Assembly (NCBI GenBank): GCA_964580065.1 | Contig: CAZOJE010000001.1 | Location: forward strand, 87,717 to 151,716 | DNA length: 64,000 nt | Direction of reading: 5' to 3' | From: an uncultured Candidatus Saccharibacteria bacterium | Lineage (GTDB): Bacteria; Patescibacteriota; UBA1384; DTJR01 | Shown here: positions 55,089-64,000 of the stretch, in pieces | How positions within the stretch are numbered: the stretch's first letter is position 1 | Layout: each line of letters begins with the position of its first letter | Position numbers and translations under genes: made by a program | Notes under the pieces: model-generated | Seen by the model: only the letters and a program-made list of their open reading frames with translations | Databases searched by the model: none | What the model was told of the DNA's origin: nothing

Positions 55089-56152
55089 TGCAATCTGCCG
55101 AGCGAATGGCGTCTATTTTACAAAGGGCGATAAATTCGAGAGCGAGTGATTTGCACTTGGTTTCTTTGGAAAAACCCGTAATTAGAGTTGATGGTCAGCT
55201 GCAGAAATTAGAAGACGAAAACACCCTGTCAACCGAGGAAGCTCAAGAGCTAATCGCCACAACCCTAAAAGCAGAATACGTTAGCAAACTAAAATCAGAA
55301 AAGGAAGTTGATTTTTCATTCGACTTTGATGGTGCTAGAGTTCGCGCCAATGTTTATTTTGAAGCCGGTCGGGTAGCGGGTTCTTTTAGATTCATTCCGC
55401 AAGAAATAAAATTAATTCCCGAGCTTGGTTTGCCGCCGATAATCCAAGAATTTGGCAATCGAGAGCAGGGTTTGTTGGTGATAACTGGCCCGACTGGCCA
55501 CGGTAAATCGACGACTATCGCCGCTATTATCGAATATATAAATCAAAATTTTGCTAAACACGTTGTCACCATCGAAGATCCGGTAGAATATGTTTTTAAA
55601 AATAAAAAAAGTATTTTGACCCAGCGGGAATTAAGCACTGATACATTGAGTTTTTCACGCGCCCTTAGAAGTGTCTTGCGTGAAGACCCAGACGTTGTTT
55701 TAGTCGGAGAAATGAGAGACGTCGAAACTTTTGAAGCGGCTTTGACCATTGCTGAAACTGGTCATTTGGTTTTGACGACTTTGCACACTAACAGCGCCTC
55801 ACAAACGCCTGACAGAATTATTGATGTTTTTCCTAAAAATCAGCAGTCACAGATTCGTCAGCAGTTGGCCAATGTGCTAGTCGGTGTTGTTTCACAAAGA
55901 CTGATTCAAAAAGCATCGGGGTCGGGCCGAATTGCCGTTTGCGAAATTATGGTGGCTAATCAGGCAATTAGAAGCTTAATCCGCGAGGGCAAAACGCACA
56001 TGATTCAATCTGTTATCCAAACAAGCGCTTCTGAAGGAATGATCACCCTAGATAAAGTTTTAGCCGATTGTGTTTCGAGAGGGGAGATCGCTCTCGAAGA
56101 GGCAATTAAATGGGCCAGCGATATTAAGATGTTCAAACAAATGGTGTTCTAA
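55088..56152 (+). CDS. pilT: Retraction ATPase PilT
   Basis: ASDLHL, GPTGHGKSTT, LREDPD, AETGHL, AIRSLIRE. Confidence 0.95.
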   Translation: MQSAERMASILQRAINSRASDLHLVSLEKPVIRVDGQLQKLEDENTLSTEEAQELIATTLKAEYVSKLKSEKEVDFSFDFDGARVRANVYFEAGRVAGSFRFIPQEIKLIPELGLPPIIQEFGNREQGLLVITGPTGHGKSTTIAAIIEYINQNFAKHVVTIEDPVEYVFKNKKSILTQRELSTDTLSFSRALRSVLREDPDVVLVGEMRDVETFEAALTIAETGHLVLTTLHTNSASQTPDRIIDVFPKNQQSQIRQQLANVLVGVVSQRLIQKASGSGRIAVCEIMVANQAIRSLIREGKTHMIQSVIQTSASEGMITLDKVLADCVSRGEIALEEAIKWASDIKMFKQMVF

Positions 56153-57222
56153 TGCCTGCCGAAGTAAAAATTAACCTCTTTCAAAGAATCTCAATCAAGG
56201 AAAAATCTCTTTTTACGAGGTCTCTTTCAACGATGATTTCGGCTGGTTTGCCAATTATTCGCGCGCTGACGCTGCTGTCTAAGCAAACAAGCAATCCAAC
56301 ATTAAGCAAGGTGATTAAAGATGTAATCAAGCGGCTTGAAGAAGGGGAGGCGCTTTCAAGTGCTTTTAGCCATCACTCCATAATGTTTGATGAGGTTTAC
56401 CTCGCAAGCTTAAAAGCGGCAGAAGCGTCGGGCAAATTCGAACAGGTTTTGCAAGAACTTTCCGATCAGGAGGAAGCCGACTATAAGCTGAGTTCGTCAA
56501 TGAGGGCGGCGGTTATTTATCCGTTTTTCATCATTTGTGCCATGATTGTGGCGGTGATAATTTTGATGGTTTTGGTTATTCCTAAAATGGAAGAAATTTT
56601 TACGACATCGAATATGGAATTACCTTGGACGACCAAGGCCCTGATTGCAACATCAAATTTCATGATTAATTATTGGTATATTTTAATTTTGGCTGTTGTT
56701 GGTCTGGTTGTTTGGGCAAAATATTATTTTAAATCTAAAAGTGGTCGCGAAGTTTTAGGTCAGATTATTTTGCAAACACCGGGCCTAAACAGCTTTTTCA
56801 TCAGTGCCTACATGACACGTTTTACTCGAACTTTCAGCATGTTAGTTGGTGCCGGCGTGCCAATTATTCAAGCAATAAAATTAGTCGGAAAAGTCATAGA
56901 CAATACTGTTTATGAAAAAATTTTAAACAATGTGGCGAAACAGTTAGAGCGTGGCGTACCAATGTCACAGCCGCTTTTTGACCAAGAGCCAGCTTTTCCG
57001 GCCATTGTGCCGCAAATGATTGCTGTCGGTGAGCAAACCGGTAAAATCGATGAAGTTTTGTTATCTTTGTCGAGATTTTTTCAAGATGAAACCGAGAAAC
57101 GAATTAAATCATTAACCAGCTTATTGGAACCAATTCTTTTGATTATTGTTGGTTTGGGCGTGGGTGTGATTGTCTTTTCAATTCTTATTCCGATTTATCA
57201 AATTTCTGGTAATATCAGTTAA
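56152..57222 (+). CDS. pilC: Type IV pilus platform protein PilC
   Basis: LSTMISAGLP, AEASGK, IYP, VGEQTG, LLEP. Confidence 0.93.
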   Translation: MPAEVKINLFQRISIKEKSLFTRSLSTMISAGLPIIRALTLLSKQTSNPTLSKVIKDVIKRLEEGEALSSAFSHHSIMFDEVYLASLKAAEASGKFEQVLQELSDQEEADYKLSSSMRAAVIYPFFIICAMIVAVIILMVLVIPKMEEIFTTSNMELPWTTKALIATSNFMINYWYILILAVVGLVVWAKYYFKSKSGREVLGQIILQTPGLNSFFISAYMTRFTRTFSMLVGAGVPIIQAIKLVGKVIDNTVYEKILNNVAKQLERGVPMSQPLFDQEPAFPAIVPQMIAVGEQTGKIDEVLLSLSRFFQDETEKRIKSLTSLLEPILLIIVGLGVGVIVFSILIPIYQISGNIS

Positions 57223-57251
57223 ATATTATTTTTTTAAAAAAAAGGAGGAAA

Positions 57252-57716
57252 GTGAAAAAGAAAGCATTTACATTAGTGGAGTTGCTCATTGTGGTCGTCA
57301 TTATTGGAATTCTGGCAACCTTTGTTGTTTTGGCTTTAAGCAATGCGACAAAGAAAACCAGAGACGCGAGAGCGAAAAGGTCTATCGAATCAGTTAGGGA
57401 TGCCGTGGAACAATACATTGCCGGAACGGATGGTGCCAATCTATCGTCTACCTTCAGCGGAACGATTAGTGATATTAAAGGACAAATGAATACCGATTTA
57501 AAAAGCGGTGGAGCGACCGGTTTCACTACTCAACCAGTTGACTATCAAGGTAACTCGATTAAATTCCGGGCATCGGGGACAGAGGGCTATGAAATTACAG
57601 CCGGAAGTTCAAGGGGAAATAGTGGAAGCTATTGCTGGCGGTATGTAAAAGATTCGTCAACTGGAATTGTCGATGACAATTTATCATCCAGCAATCCGGC
57701 CGGACCATGCTTGTAA
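57252..57716 (+). CDS. Type IV pilin (probable major pilin of locus 2)
   Basis: KA|FTLVELLIVVVIIGIL; AAGGAGG RBS; C-terminal Cys pair. Confidence 0.88.
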   Translation: MKKKAFTLVELLIVVVIIGILATFVVLALSNATKKTRDARAKRSIESVRDAVEQYIAGTDGANLSSTFSGTISDIKGQMNTDLKSGGATGFTTQPVDYQGNSIKFRASGTEGYEITAGSSRGNSGSYCWRYVKDSSTGIVDDNLSSSNPAGPCL

Positions 57717-58462
57717 TAGTAATTTTGTTTGGGCTTATAGCCGGTTCATTTTTAACGGCAGTACAAAATCGACTCGATCACCTCGGGTCGATTTTGTACG
57801 ACCGGAGCCGTTGTCCTAAATGCAACCACGTTCTTGGTTTTTGGGATTTGTTTCCAATTTTGAGCTATTTATTTTTAGGCGGCCGATGCCGTTGGTGCGG
57901 CAAGAAAATTAGCATTTTGTATCCGCTGACTGAATTAATTACCGTCGGCTTGGCTCTATTTGTTTGGTATTTTTACGGATTAAACTTTTCTACCTTTATT
58001 TTGTTTGCCGCGCTATGGGTTCTTCTGCTGGCAGTAATTTGTGACATTAAAACTCAAGAAGTAGACGATTGGGTGTTTGCTGCGGCGATTGCACTGGTGG
58101 TTATTTGGCGTGGGTTTAACCGTTCAAACGCTGATTTTTTTGACCTTATGCTGGGCGGCGTTATTGCAACAATTTTACCGTTTTGTTTAGCTTTTTTTTC
58201 GCGGGAAAAGTGGATGGGCTACGGTGATAGTTTTTTTGCTTTTTTTCTGGGAGCTTTGTGTGGTTTTCCGGCGGCCACAGTTGGGTTATTTGCCGCATTT
58301 TTGTTAGGCAGCATATTTGGTATAATTGTCTTGATAATAAATGGCAAAAAAGGTTTGAAAATAAGAGTCCCATTTGGCCCTTTTCTGGCGATGGGCAGTT
58401 TGATCGGGCTTATTTGGGGGACGCAAATTTTTGACGCATATTTAAAAATACTGGGTTTTTAA
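57707..58462 (+). CDS. pilD: Prepilin peptidase
   Basis: GSFL, RSRCPKC..GRCRWC, MGYGD, PFGPFL. Confidence 0.95.
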   Translation: MLVIVILFGLIAGSFLTAVQNRLDHLGSILYDRSRCPKCNHVLGFWDLFPILSYLFLGGRCRWCGKKISILYPLTELITVGLALFVWYFYGLNFSTFILFAALWVLLLAVICDIKTQEVDDWVFAAAIALVVIWRGFNRSNADFFDLMLGGVIATILPFCLAFFSREKWMGYGDSFFAFFLGALCGFPAATVGLFAAFLLGSIFGIIVLIINGKKGLKIRVPFGPFLAMGSLIGLIWGTQIFDAYLKILGF

Positions 58463-58470
58463 GGAGGATT

Positions 58471-58998
58471 ATGAAAAGATCAACAAGATCGAAAGCATTT
58501 ACACTCGCCGAATTAATGATTGTCGTAACGGTTATTTTGATTTTAGCGACTTTTGTGGTGTTGAATGTAACGAACGCGCGCAAAAAAGCTATCCTTGATA
58601 AGCAAAAAACAAACGCCAATTTAGTTGCCAACGCCCTTGACCAGTATGCCATTAGCAATGGTCGAAAATTTCCCTTGCCAAGCACAACCGGTACCCTTGT
58701 CTTGGATAAATATTATGTCTTTACTTTGAGCTCTTTGTCGAGCGTGACGGGTTTTAGTGCTCTTATAAACAGCGATAATGTTTTGAACGATGCAGCCATG
58801 CAATATGTCGTTCGGGGCGATCTGAAAAATGCCGCCATCATTGTTAAACCAACTTCTAGCACCGAAAAACTTTCCGACTGTAAGTTTACCGACTCGTCTG
58901 ATGTTCCGACCATAGTTAAGCAATACGTTGATAACAATATTTTAAATGAAGGCGGCGGAGATATAGCAAATTCTCCATGCTATTATGTGGCGAGATAA
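58471..58998 (+). CDS. Type IV pilin-like protein
   Basis: KA|FTLAELMIV. Confidence 0.85.
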   Translation: MKRSTRSKAFTLAELMIVVTVILILATFVVLNVTNARKKAILDKQKTNANLVANALDQYAISNGRKFPLPSTTGTLVLDKYYVFTLSSLSSVTGFSALINSDNVLNDAAMQYVVRGDLKNAAIIVKPTSSTEKLSDCKFTDSSDVPTIVKQYVDNNILNEGGGDIANSPCYYVAR

Positions 58999-59500
58999 GG
59001 ATCGAAAATCTTTCACATTAATTGAATTAGTTGTAACGGTAGGAGTTACATTAATTTTGTTGGCCGTTGGTTATCCACTCATCGGAAAAACATCAAAATT
59101 AGAAAGCTTGGATTCACAGTATGATCGTGTAAAAACACAAATTGAATCGGCCAAAACTTTTGCCCAAAATCCCGAAAGCGTCGAAGCGATTGGCTATGCC
59201 GCCGTTCTTGAGGCCAATCGGGTAGTGATTAAAAAAATTATCGCTGGCGACAGCTTAGCTGATATAGCTGACGGCGAAATGAAATTGCCTTCTGGCACAA
59301 CTCTGACGCTTTTGTCGAGCGGATGTTCTGGTGGGGCGAAGGAGGTCCGTTTTTATTCACCTTCGGGAGAGCAAAGGTGCACCAGTAACACTTCGTCAAA
59401 AAAATTATCTTTTGAACTAGCGAAATCAGGTTTAAAAAAGAATTTTATTGTGGAGGACGGGCAAATTGCCATTAGCTCGGATTCCGGAATTACGCCTTAA
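58985..59500 (+). CDS. FimT-like minor pilin
   Basis: KS|FTLIELVV; VRFYSPSG. Confidence 0.8.
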   Translation: MWRDKDRKSFTLIELVVTVGVTLILLAVGYPLIGKTSKLESLDSQYDRVKTQIESAKTFAQNPESVEAIGYAAVLEANRVVIKKIIAGDSLADIADGEMKLPSGTTLTLLSSGCSGGAKEVRFYSPSGEQRCTSNTSSKKLSFELAKSGLKKNFIVEDGQIAISSDSGITP

Positions 59501-59501
59501 T

Positions 59502-60047
59502 ATGAAAAAGACACAAAAAAGCTTTGGGTTGATTGAAGCGATTGCCGCCTCGACAATCATCGTTTTGGTTGTGTCTTCGGCTGTGGCCTTAGCTTCTAGC
59601 TCGATGCGCTCGGCTGCTTTGGACCAATCGTATTTAGAAGCAGAAAACATTGCCGAAGAAATTTTAGAGACAATTCAGGAGAAAAAAGCCCAAGGTCAAA
59701 TTTTCTTTGTAAGCTCCGGTACAGTTCAGCCAACGGCCATAAATATTGCCTGTTATGATGTGGCAAAATTAGGCAAAGTAGGGTGTGAAGACGATAAAAC
59801 GGGCATTGATACGAGTGCGTCTCTGGAAAGTAATTATCGCCCATATAAAAGTATGACCATTAATCCGGCCTTTGGCGAAGGATTTTTCTCCTTTAAGATA
59901 GAAACACAAATAAATCCAAACATAGTTAGCGCTGATGTGGCTGATGCTGACAAAACTGCTCTCGTTAAAATTGACATTAAATGGCAAGATTTAGGAGGCG
60001 AAAAACATTATTATGCCCGACAATTATTTACGGATTGGGAAAGATGA
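59502..60047 (+). CDS. PilV-like minor pilin
   Basis: KS|FGLIEAIAA; ends VKIDIKW..LFTDW; ATG 59502 preferred. Confidence 0.78.
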   Translation: MKKTQKSFGLIEAIAASTIIVLVVSSAVALASSSMRSAALDQSYLEAENIAEEILETIQEKKAQGQIFFVSSGTVQPTAINIACYDVAKLGKVGCEDDKTGIDTSASLESNYRPYKSMTINPAFGEGFFSFKIETQINPNIVSADVADADKTALVKIDIKWQDLGGEKHYYARQLFTDWER

Positions 60048-60763
60048 GAAAAAAAGCTTTTACATTAGTTGAAATTTTAGTTTCCTCGCTAATATTTGTA
60101 ATCGTAGTTAGCGTGGGGGTGAGCTCGTTTGCTTTAATTCGTCGTTCTAACGAAAAAGCTGACGATATGCGTCTTTCAGACCAATGCGTCCGCCAAATTC
60201 GTGATTATGTTTCTGAAAGAGTGCGAGAAACGGCTAAAGATTATGACGGAGCTAAAATAAAAGCGATTATTGCCTCCGGCAATACTTTCTCGTTGGCAGA
60301 AAACAAAAAAACTGATTTTGCCAGTCGTTATCCGAACGGAGTGGCGGGAGTGGCTTTGTTTAAGGCCAATAATGCCTTTGAAGCAATTTATAAAAGAGAT
60401 GGTGTTTATAAAAAAGGCGATTATACGGTTTTGGGTTCGGGCGCTCTAATTAGTTTTTCTAGTAATGATATAAATATTGCTTCTTCCGATTGTGCCGCTT
60501 ACGTCAGCGTGCCAGCCGCTGCATCGGCAGATTTAGACGGATATCAATTCACTTCGCCTTTTAGGGTTTATTATTTGGAACATCAGCCGGATTATGACGG
60601 CACGATCAAAGATAAAATTTATAAAGTTGAAATTGACGATATTATTTTTCGGGCAAATAAAAACAATCAGGAAGGAGTTGAAACGCCCGAAACCAGCTAC
60701 ACCAATCATACTTTTTCTAAATTATCGGTAGATGTGACAAACAGCGCGAGGAAACTATGGTAA
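60044..60763 (+). CDS. PilW-like minor pilin
   Basis: KA|FTLVEILV; ATGA overlap with the upstream gene. Confidence 0.78.
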   Translation: MRKKAFTLVEILVSSLIFVIVVSVGVSSFALIRRSNEKADDMRLSDQCVRQIRDYVSERVRETAKDYDGAKIKAIIASGNTFSLAENKKTDFASRYPNGVAGVALFKANNAFEAIYKRDGVYKKGDYTVLGSGALISFSSNDINIASSDCAAYVSVPAAASADLDGYQFTSPFRVYYLEHQPDYDGTIKDKIYKVEIDDIIFRANKNNQEGVETPETSYTNHTFSKLSVDVTNSARKLW

Positions 60764-61758
60764 AAAAACAAAAATCTTCAGCATTATTAATTGCCATTTT
60801 AATCGGAATTTTGATGAGCGGTTTAGTGATTGGCGTAGCGGCGGTAATGAGCGGACACATTAAATTAGCCGGTCAATCACGCGAAGGTCGTTTGGCTTAT
60901 CGGGCGGCGTTGAGCGGAATCGAAGAGGGGCTGTTAGAGCTAAAATACGCCAAAGCTAATTCGACGCTGTCAAGTTTATACGGTAAGTCGAATAAAGGCG
61001 ATTTAGCAATGGGCGATCCAATTCAGCCCGATCCGGTGAAATATGAGTTAAGCTTTGCCACAACATTTAACAACACTTCTAGCAGTGAGGCCGAATTTGC
61101 ACCTTGGTCGTCAATGTGGCCAACAGACGAGCAAATAGCTAAAGCAAAAAAAGTAAATATTGACGATACGTTGGATATTGATTTGACGGAAGCGACTCAT
61201 CGTGATAGTGCGGTCGGCCAAATAACGATTTATTTTTCGGGTGTTTACGATCACGACGGCACAAAATTAACGAATAATTTTGACGCGCTAAATTATACTC
61301 TGCTTGATCTGTCAAAAAATCAGAACACAGGAACAGAAAAACAGATTGTCAACGGGCAAAACAAAACCAACGGTAGTTCGGTAACCTATAAAATAGATCT
61401 CGATTTGACCTATTGTGCCGACAAAAGCACAGAATGCCATTTGCGAATTAAACCTCAAGCAACACAAATAAATTCTCGAAGTCAGCAAACAAGGAGATTC
61501 GCAGGGGACACGGCGGGGTCGGGGCGCTATGCTTTTATCGCTGTTTCTGCCAAAAATTCAGCCGGAAATATTCTTTATAGCGAAAATCCTGAAGATTTGG
61601 GTGTCATCACCGTAAACTCGATCGGGACAGTCGGTCAGGCCGTGCGAAAATTAACCGCAAAAGTTGATGCTTCTAGCGGAACATATTTGGGGTTGTTTGA
61701 ATTTGGCGTGTACTGTGGTACAAAGTGTACTGGACTAACTCCTGACCAACCAGAATGA
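60757..61758 (+). CDS. PilX-like minor pilin
   Basis: KS|SALLIAIL (no Glu5); AYRAALSGIEEGL; SIG..G..RKL. Confidence 0.78.
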   Translation: MVKKQKSSALLIAILIGILMSGLVIGVAAVMSGHIKLAGQSREGRLAYRAALSGIEEGLLELKYAKANSTLSSLYGKSNKGDLAMGDPIQPDPVKYELSFATTFNNTSSSEAEFAPWSSMWPTDEQIAKAKKVNIDDTLDIDLTEATHRDSAVGQITIYFSGVYDHDGTKLTNNFDALNYTLLDLSKNQNTGTEKQIVNGQNKTNGSSVTYKIDLDLTYCADKSTECHLRIKPQATQINSRSQQTRRFAGDTAGSGRYAFIAVSAKNSAGNILYSENPEDLGVITVNSIGTVGQAVRKLTAKVDASSGTYLGLFEFGVYCGTKCTGLTPDQPE

Positions 61759-62165
61759 ATGAAATAAAAATTTTTACAGACGGGGGTGCGAGAGGCAATC
61801 CGGGACCGGCGGCGGTTGGGATTGTAATTTTTTCTGACGAGAAAAAAATTGCTCAAATCAAAAAATGTATTGGAACGGCGACCAATAATATTGCCGAATA
61901 TTCCGCCGTATTAGAGGCGCTGGAATATTTAGCGAAGGAAGATTCGGTTAATGAAGCAGAATTTTTTCTTGATTCCGAACTTGTCGTCAAACAACTCAAT
62001 GGTGTTTATAAAGTGAAAGATCCCAAATTAAAGGAACTTTTTTGGCAAATTAAACAAAAAATTTGCGAACTTAAATTGCAAGCTAGTTTCACGCACGTAC
62101 CGCGAGAGCAAAACAAACAAGCCGACGCCTTAGTCAACGAAGCGCTTGACGAAAAGGCCGGTTGA
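61755..62165 (+). CDS. rnhA: Ribonuclease HI
   Basis: FTDGGARGNPG, TNNIAEY, DSELVVKQ, HVPREQNKQAD. Confidence 0.94.
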   Translation: MNEIKIFTDGGARGNPGPAAVGIVIFSDEKKIAQIKKCIGTATNNIAEYSAVLEALEYLAKEDSVNEAEFFLDSELVVKQLNGVYKVKDPKLKELFWQIKQKICELKLQASFTHVPREQNKQADALVNEALDEKAG

Positions 62166-62197
62166 AAAAAACCGGTTTTTCTACTAGGATAATCAGT

Positions 62198-64000
62198 ATG
62201 AGCGAAGAAAAATCTCGCGTTGCTTTATTAGAAGAAGAAACGATTAAATTTTGGCAAGACAATAATATTTTTGCCAAATCAATCCAATCTCGTCCTGACG
62301 ATAACCGTTTTGTTTTTTACGACGGGCCGCCCTTTGCTACCGGCTTACCGCACTATGGTCACATTTTGTCTTCTGTAACAAAAGATATTTTTCCGCGTTA
62401 TCAGACAATGAAGGGTAAGAGGGTCCGCCGCCGCTGGGGCTGGGATTGCCATGGTTTGCCCATTGAAACGTTGGTAGAGAAAAAACTGGGCATCTCCGGC
62501 AAGAAGGAAATCGAAACTAGAGGAGTAGCTGAATTTAATCAAACGGCTCGTTCGATGGTGCTGGAATATGCTGACCAGTGGAAAAAAACAGTCGAAAGAG
62601 TCGGCCGTTGGGTGGAATTTGACAACTCCTATAAAACCATGGACACGGCTTACATGGAAAGCGTTTGGTGGGCGCTAAAAGAATTTTGGAATAAAAAACT
62701 GATTTACGAGGGTAGAAAAGTTTTGATGTATTGTCCGCGATGCGAAACGCCAGTTTCTAATGCTGAAACGGCTATGGACAACAGTTATAAAGACGTGACG
62801 GAAGAATCGGTGGTCGTTAAATTTAAAATTTTGCCAAATCAAAAAATCGGCCAAAAAATTGAAATAACGGGCAATGAATTTATTTTAGCTTGGACGACAA
62901 CGCCCTGGACTTTGCCGGGCAACGTTGCCCTAGCGGTTGGCGAGCAAATCGATTATATTGGCGTTACGACCCAAGGAAGCAAGGGCATATATTTTGTTGC
63001 CAGCGCTTTAGCCGAATCAGTTTTTAAAGATAAGCCGTTTGAAATTATTTATCGAAATTTAAAAGGCAGCGATTTGGCGGGTTTGAATTACGAGCCACTT
63101 TATAAGATCGAAAAAGTCGAGGAAGAGGAAAAAAGGGCATGGTATGTCGCGCCGGCCGATTTTGTTACAACCGAAGACGGTACGGGCATTGTCCACACAG
63201 CCGTAATTTATGGTGAAGATGACTTTAATTTGGGACAAAAAATTGGCTTGCCGCAAGTGCCGCTTTTGGATTCGGCGGGCAAATTTAACGAAGACGCGCC
63301 GGAATTTTTGCAAGGTCGGTATTTTAAAGATGCCGAGCATGAGATTAAACAAGATTTAGAAAGCCGCAATTTACTTTTTTCGCGGGCAAGTTTCACTCAC
63401 TCGTATCCTTTTTGCTGGCGCTGTGACAGTCCGCTCATTTATAACGTCATTTCGGCTTGGTTTATAGATATTCAAAAAAATAAAAAGCGCTTAATCGAGT
63501 TAAATGAAAATATAAATTGGTTTCCGCCATACCTTAAGCACGGTCGTTTTTTGAATATTCTTGAGTCGGCACCGGACTGGAATATTTCACGAAACCGTTA
63601 TTGGGCAACTCCTTTGCCATTTTGGAAATGTGATAAATGCGGCCACGCAGAATGCATCGGCTCAATAGACGAGCTAAAGGAAAAAAGCGTCAATTTCGCC
63701 GAAATTTATGGCGAAAAAAAGACCGAAGAAATCGATCTGCACAAGCCATACATCGATGAAATTGTTTTGCAATGTTCTTGTGGCGAAAAAATGACACGAA
63801 TTCCCGAAGTGATTGATTGTTGGGTTGAATCCGGCTCAATGCCTTTTGCCGAATGGCATTATCCGTTTGAAAATAAGACGGAATTTGAATCAAGATACCC
63901 GGGTGAATTTATCGGCGAATATATTTCGCAAACCAGAGCTTGGTTCTACTATATGCACACTGTCGGATCCTTGCTTTTCAACCAAGAGTGCTATAGCAAT
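62198..64000 (+). CDS. ileS: Isoleucine--tRNA ligase, type 2 (runs off window end; not in the ORF track)
   Basis: FYDGPPFATGLPHYGH, GWDCHGLP, WTTTPWTLP, GTGIVH, DWNISRNRYW. Confidence 0.95.
   Translation, partial: MSEEKSRVALLEEETIKFWQDNNIFAKSIQSRPDDNRFVFYDGPPFATGLPHYGHILSSVTKDIFPRYQTMKGKRVRRRWGWDCHGLPIETLVEKKLGISGKKEIETRGVAEFNQTARSMVLEYADQWKKTVERVGRWVEFDNSYKTMDTAYMESVWWALKEFWNKKLIYEGRKVLMYCPRCETPVSNAETAMDNSYKDVTEESVVVKFKILPNQKIGQKIEITGNEFILAWTTTPWTLPGNVALAVGEQIDYIGVTTQGSKGIYFVASALAESVFKDKPFEIIYRNLKGSDLAGLNYEPLYKIEKVEEEEKRAWYVAPADFVTTEDGTGIVHTAVIYGEDDFNLGQKIGLPQVPLLDSAGKFNEDAPEFLQGRYFKDAEHEIKQDLESRNLLFSRASFTHSYPFCWRCDSPLIYNVISAWFIDIQKNKKRLIELNENINWFPPYLKHGRFLNILESAPDWNISRNRYWATPLPFWKCDKCGHAECIGSIDELKEKSVNFAEIYGEKKTEEIDLHKPYIDEIVLQCSCGEKMTRIPEVIDCWVESGSMPFAEWHYPFENKTEFESRYPGEFIGEYISQTRAWFYYMHTVGSLLFNQECYSN

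Noticed and set aside
1-64000. Alternative genetic code (TGA recoding)
   Set aside because: Conserved genes are full length under code 11, several end in TGA with ATGA coupling, and tRNA-Trp is CCA

Overview
A gene-dense, AT-rich bacterial chromosome segment with a gene set typical of Patescibacteria/CPR. The taxonomy is inferred from the short HolB, the two type IV pilus loci, the large surface proteins and the absence of biosynthetic metabolism. Genetic code 11 fits. In order it contains: a dcw fragment (murD', ftsW, a murG-murC fusion, murB, ftsQ); recJ-radA; a class A PBP; rarA; type IV pilus/T2SS-like locus 1 (minus strand); an unannotated 39-aa Cys-rich ORF; xth; mnmA; a 1801-aa surface protein; an adjacent dockerin and cohesin gene pair; a compositionally atypical block beside tRNA-Pro whose three genes end in DGR variable-repeat-like segments with no RT or template repeat in the window; a probable 6S RNA; rpmB; a rearranged tRNA Thr-Tyr-Thr/rpmG/tRNA-Trp cluster with a TAG-rich repeat; an ArsR cassette; three adhesin-like genes; type IV pilus locus 2; rnhA; and the 5' part of ileS. 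The best candidates for new biology are the orphan DGR-target cluster (34938-38880), the cohesin-dockerin surface module (31127-34678) and the pilus-linked adhesin trio (45050-51411). All calls come from reading motifs by eye. No database searches were run.
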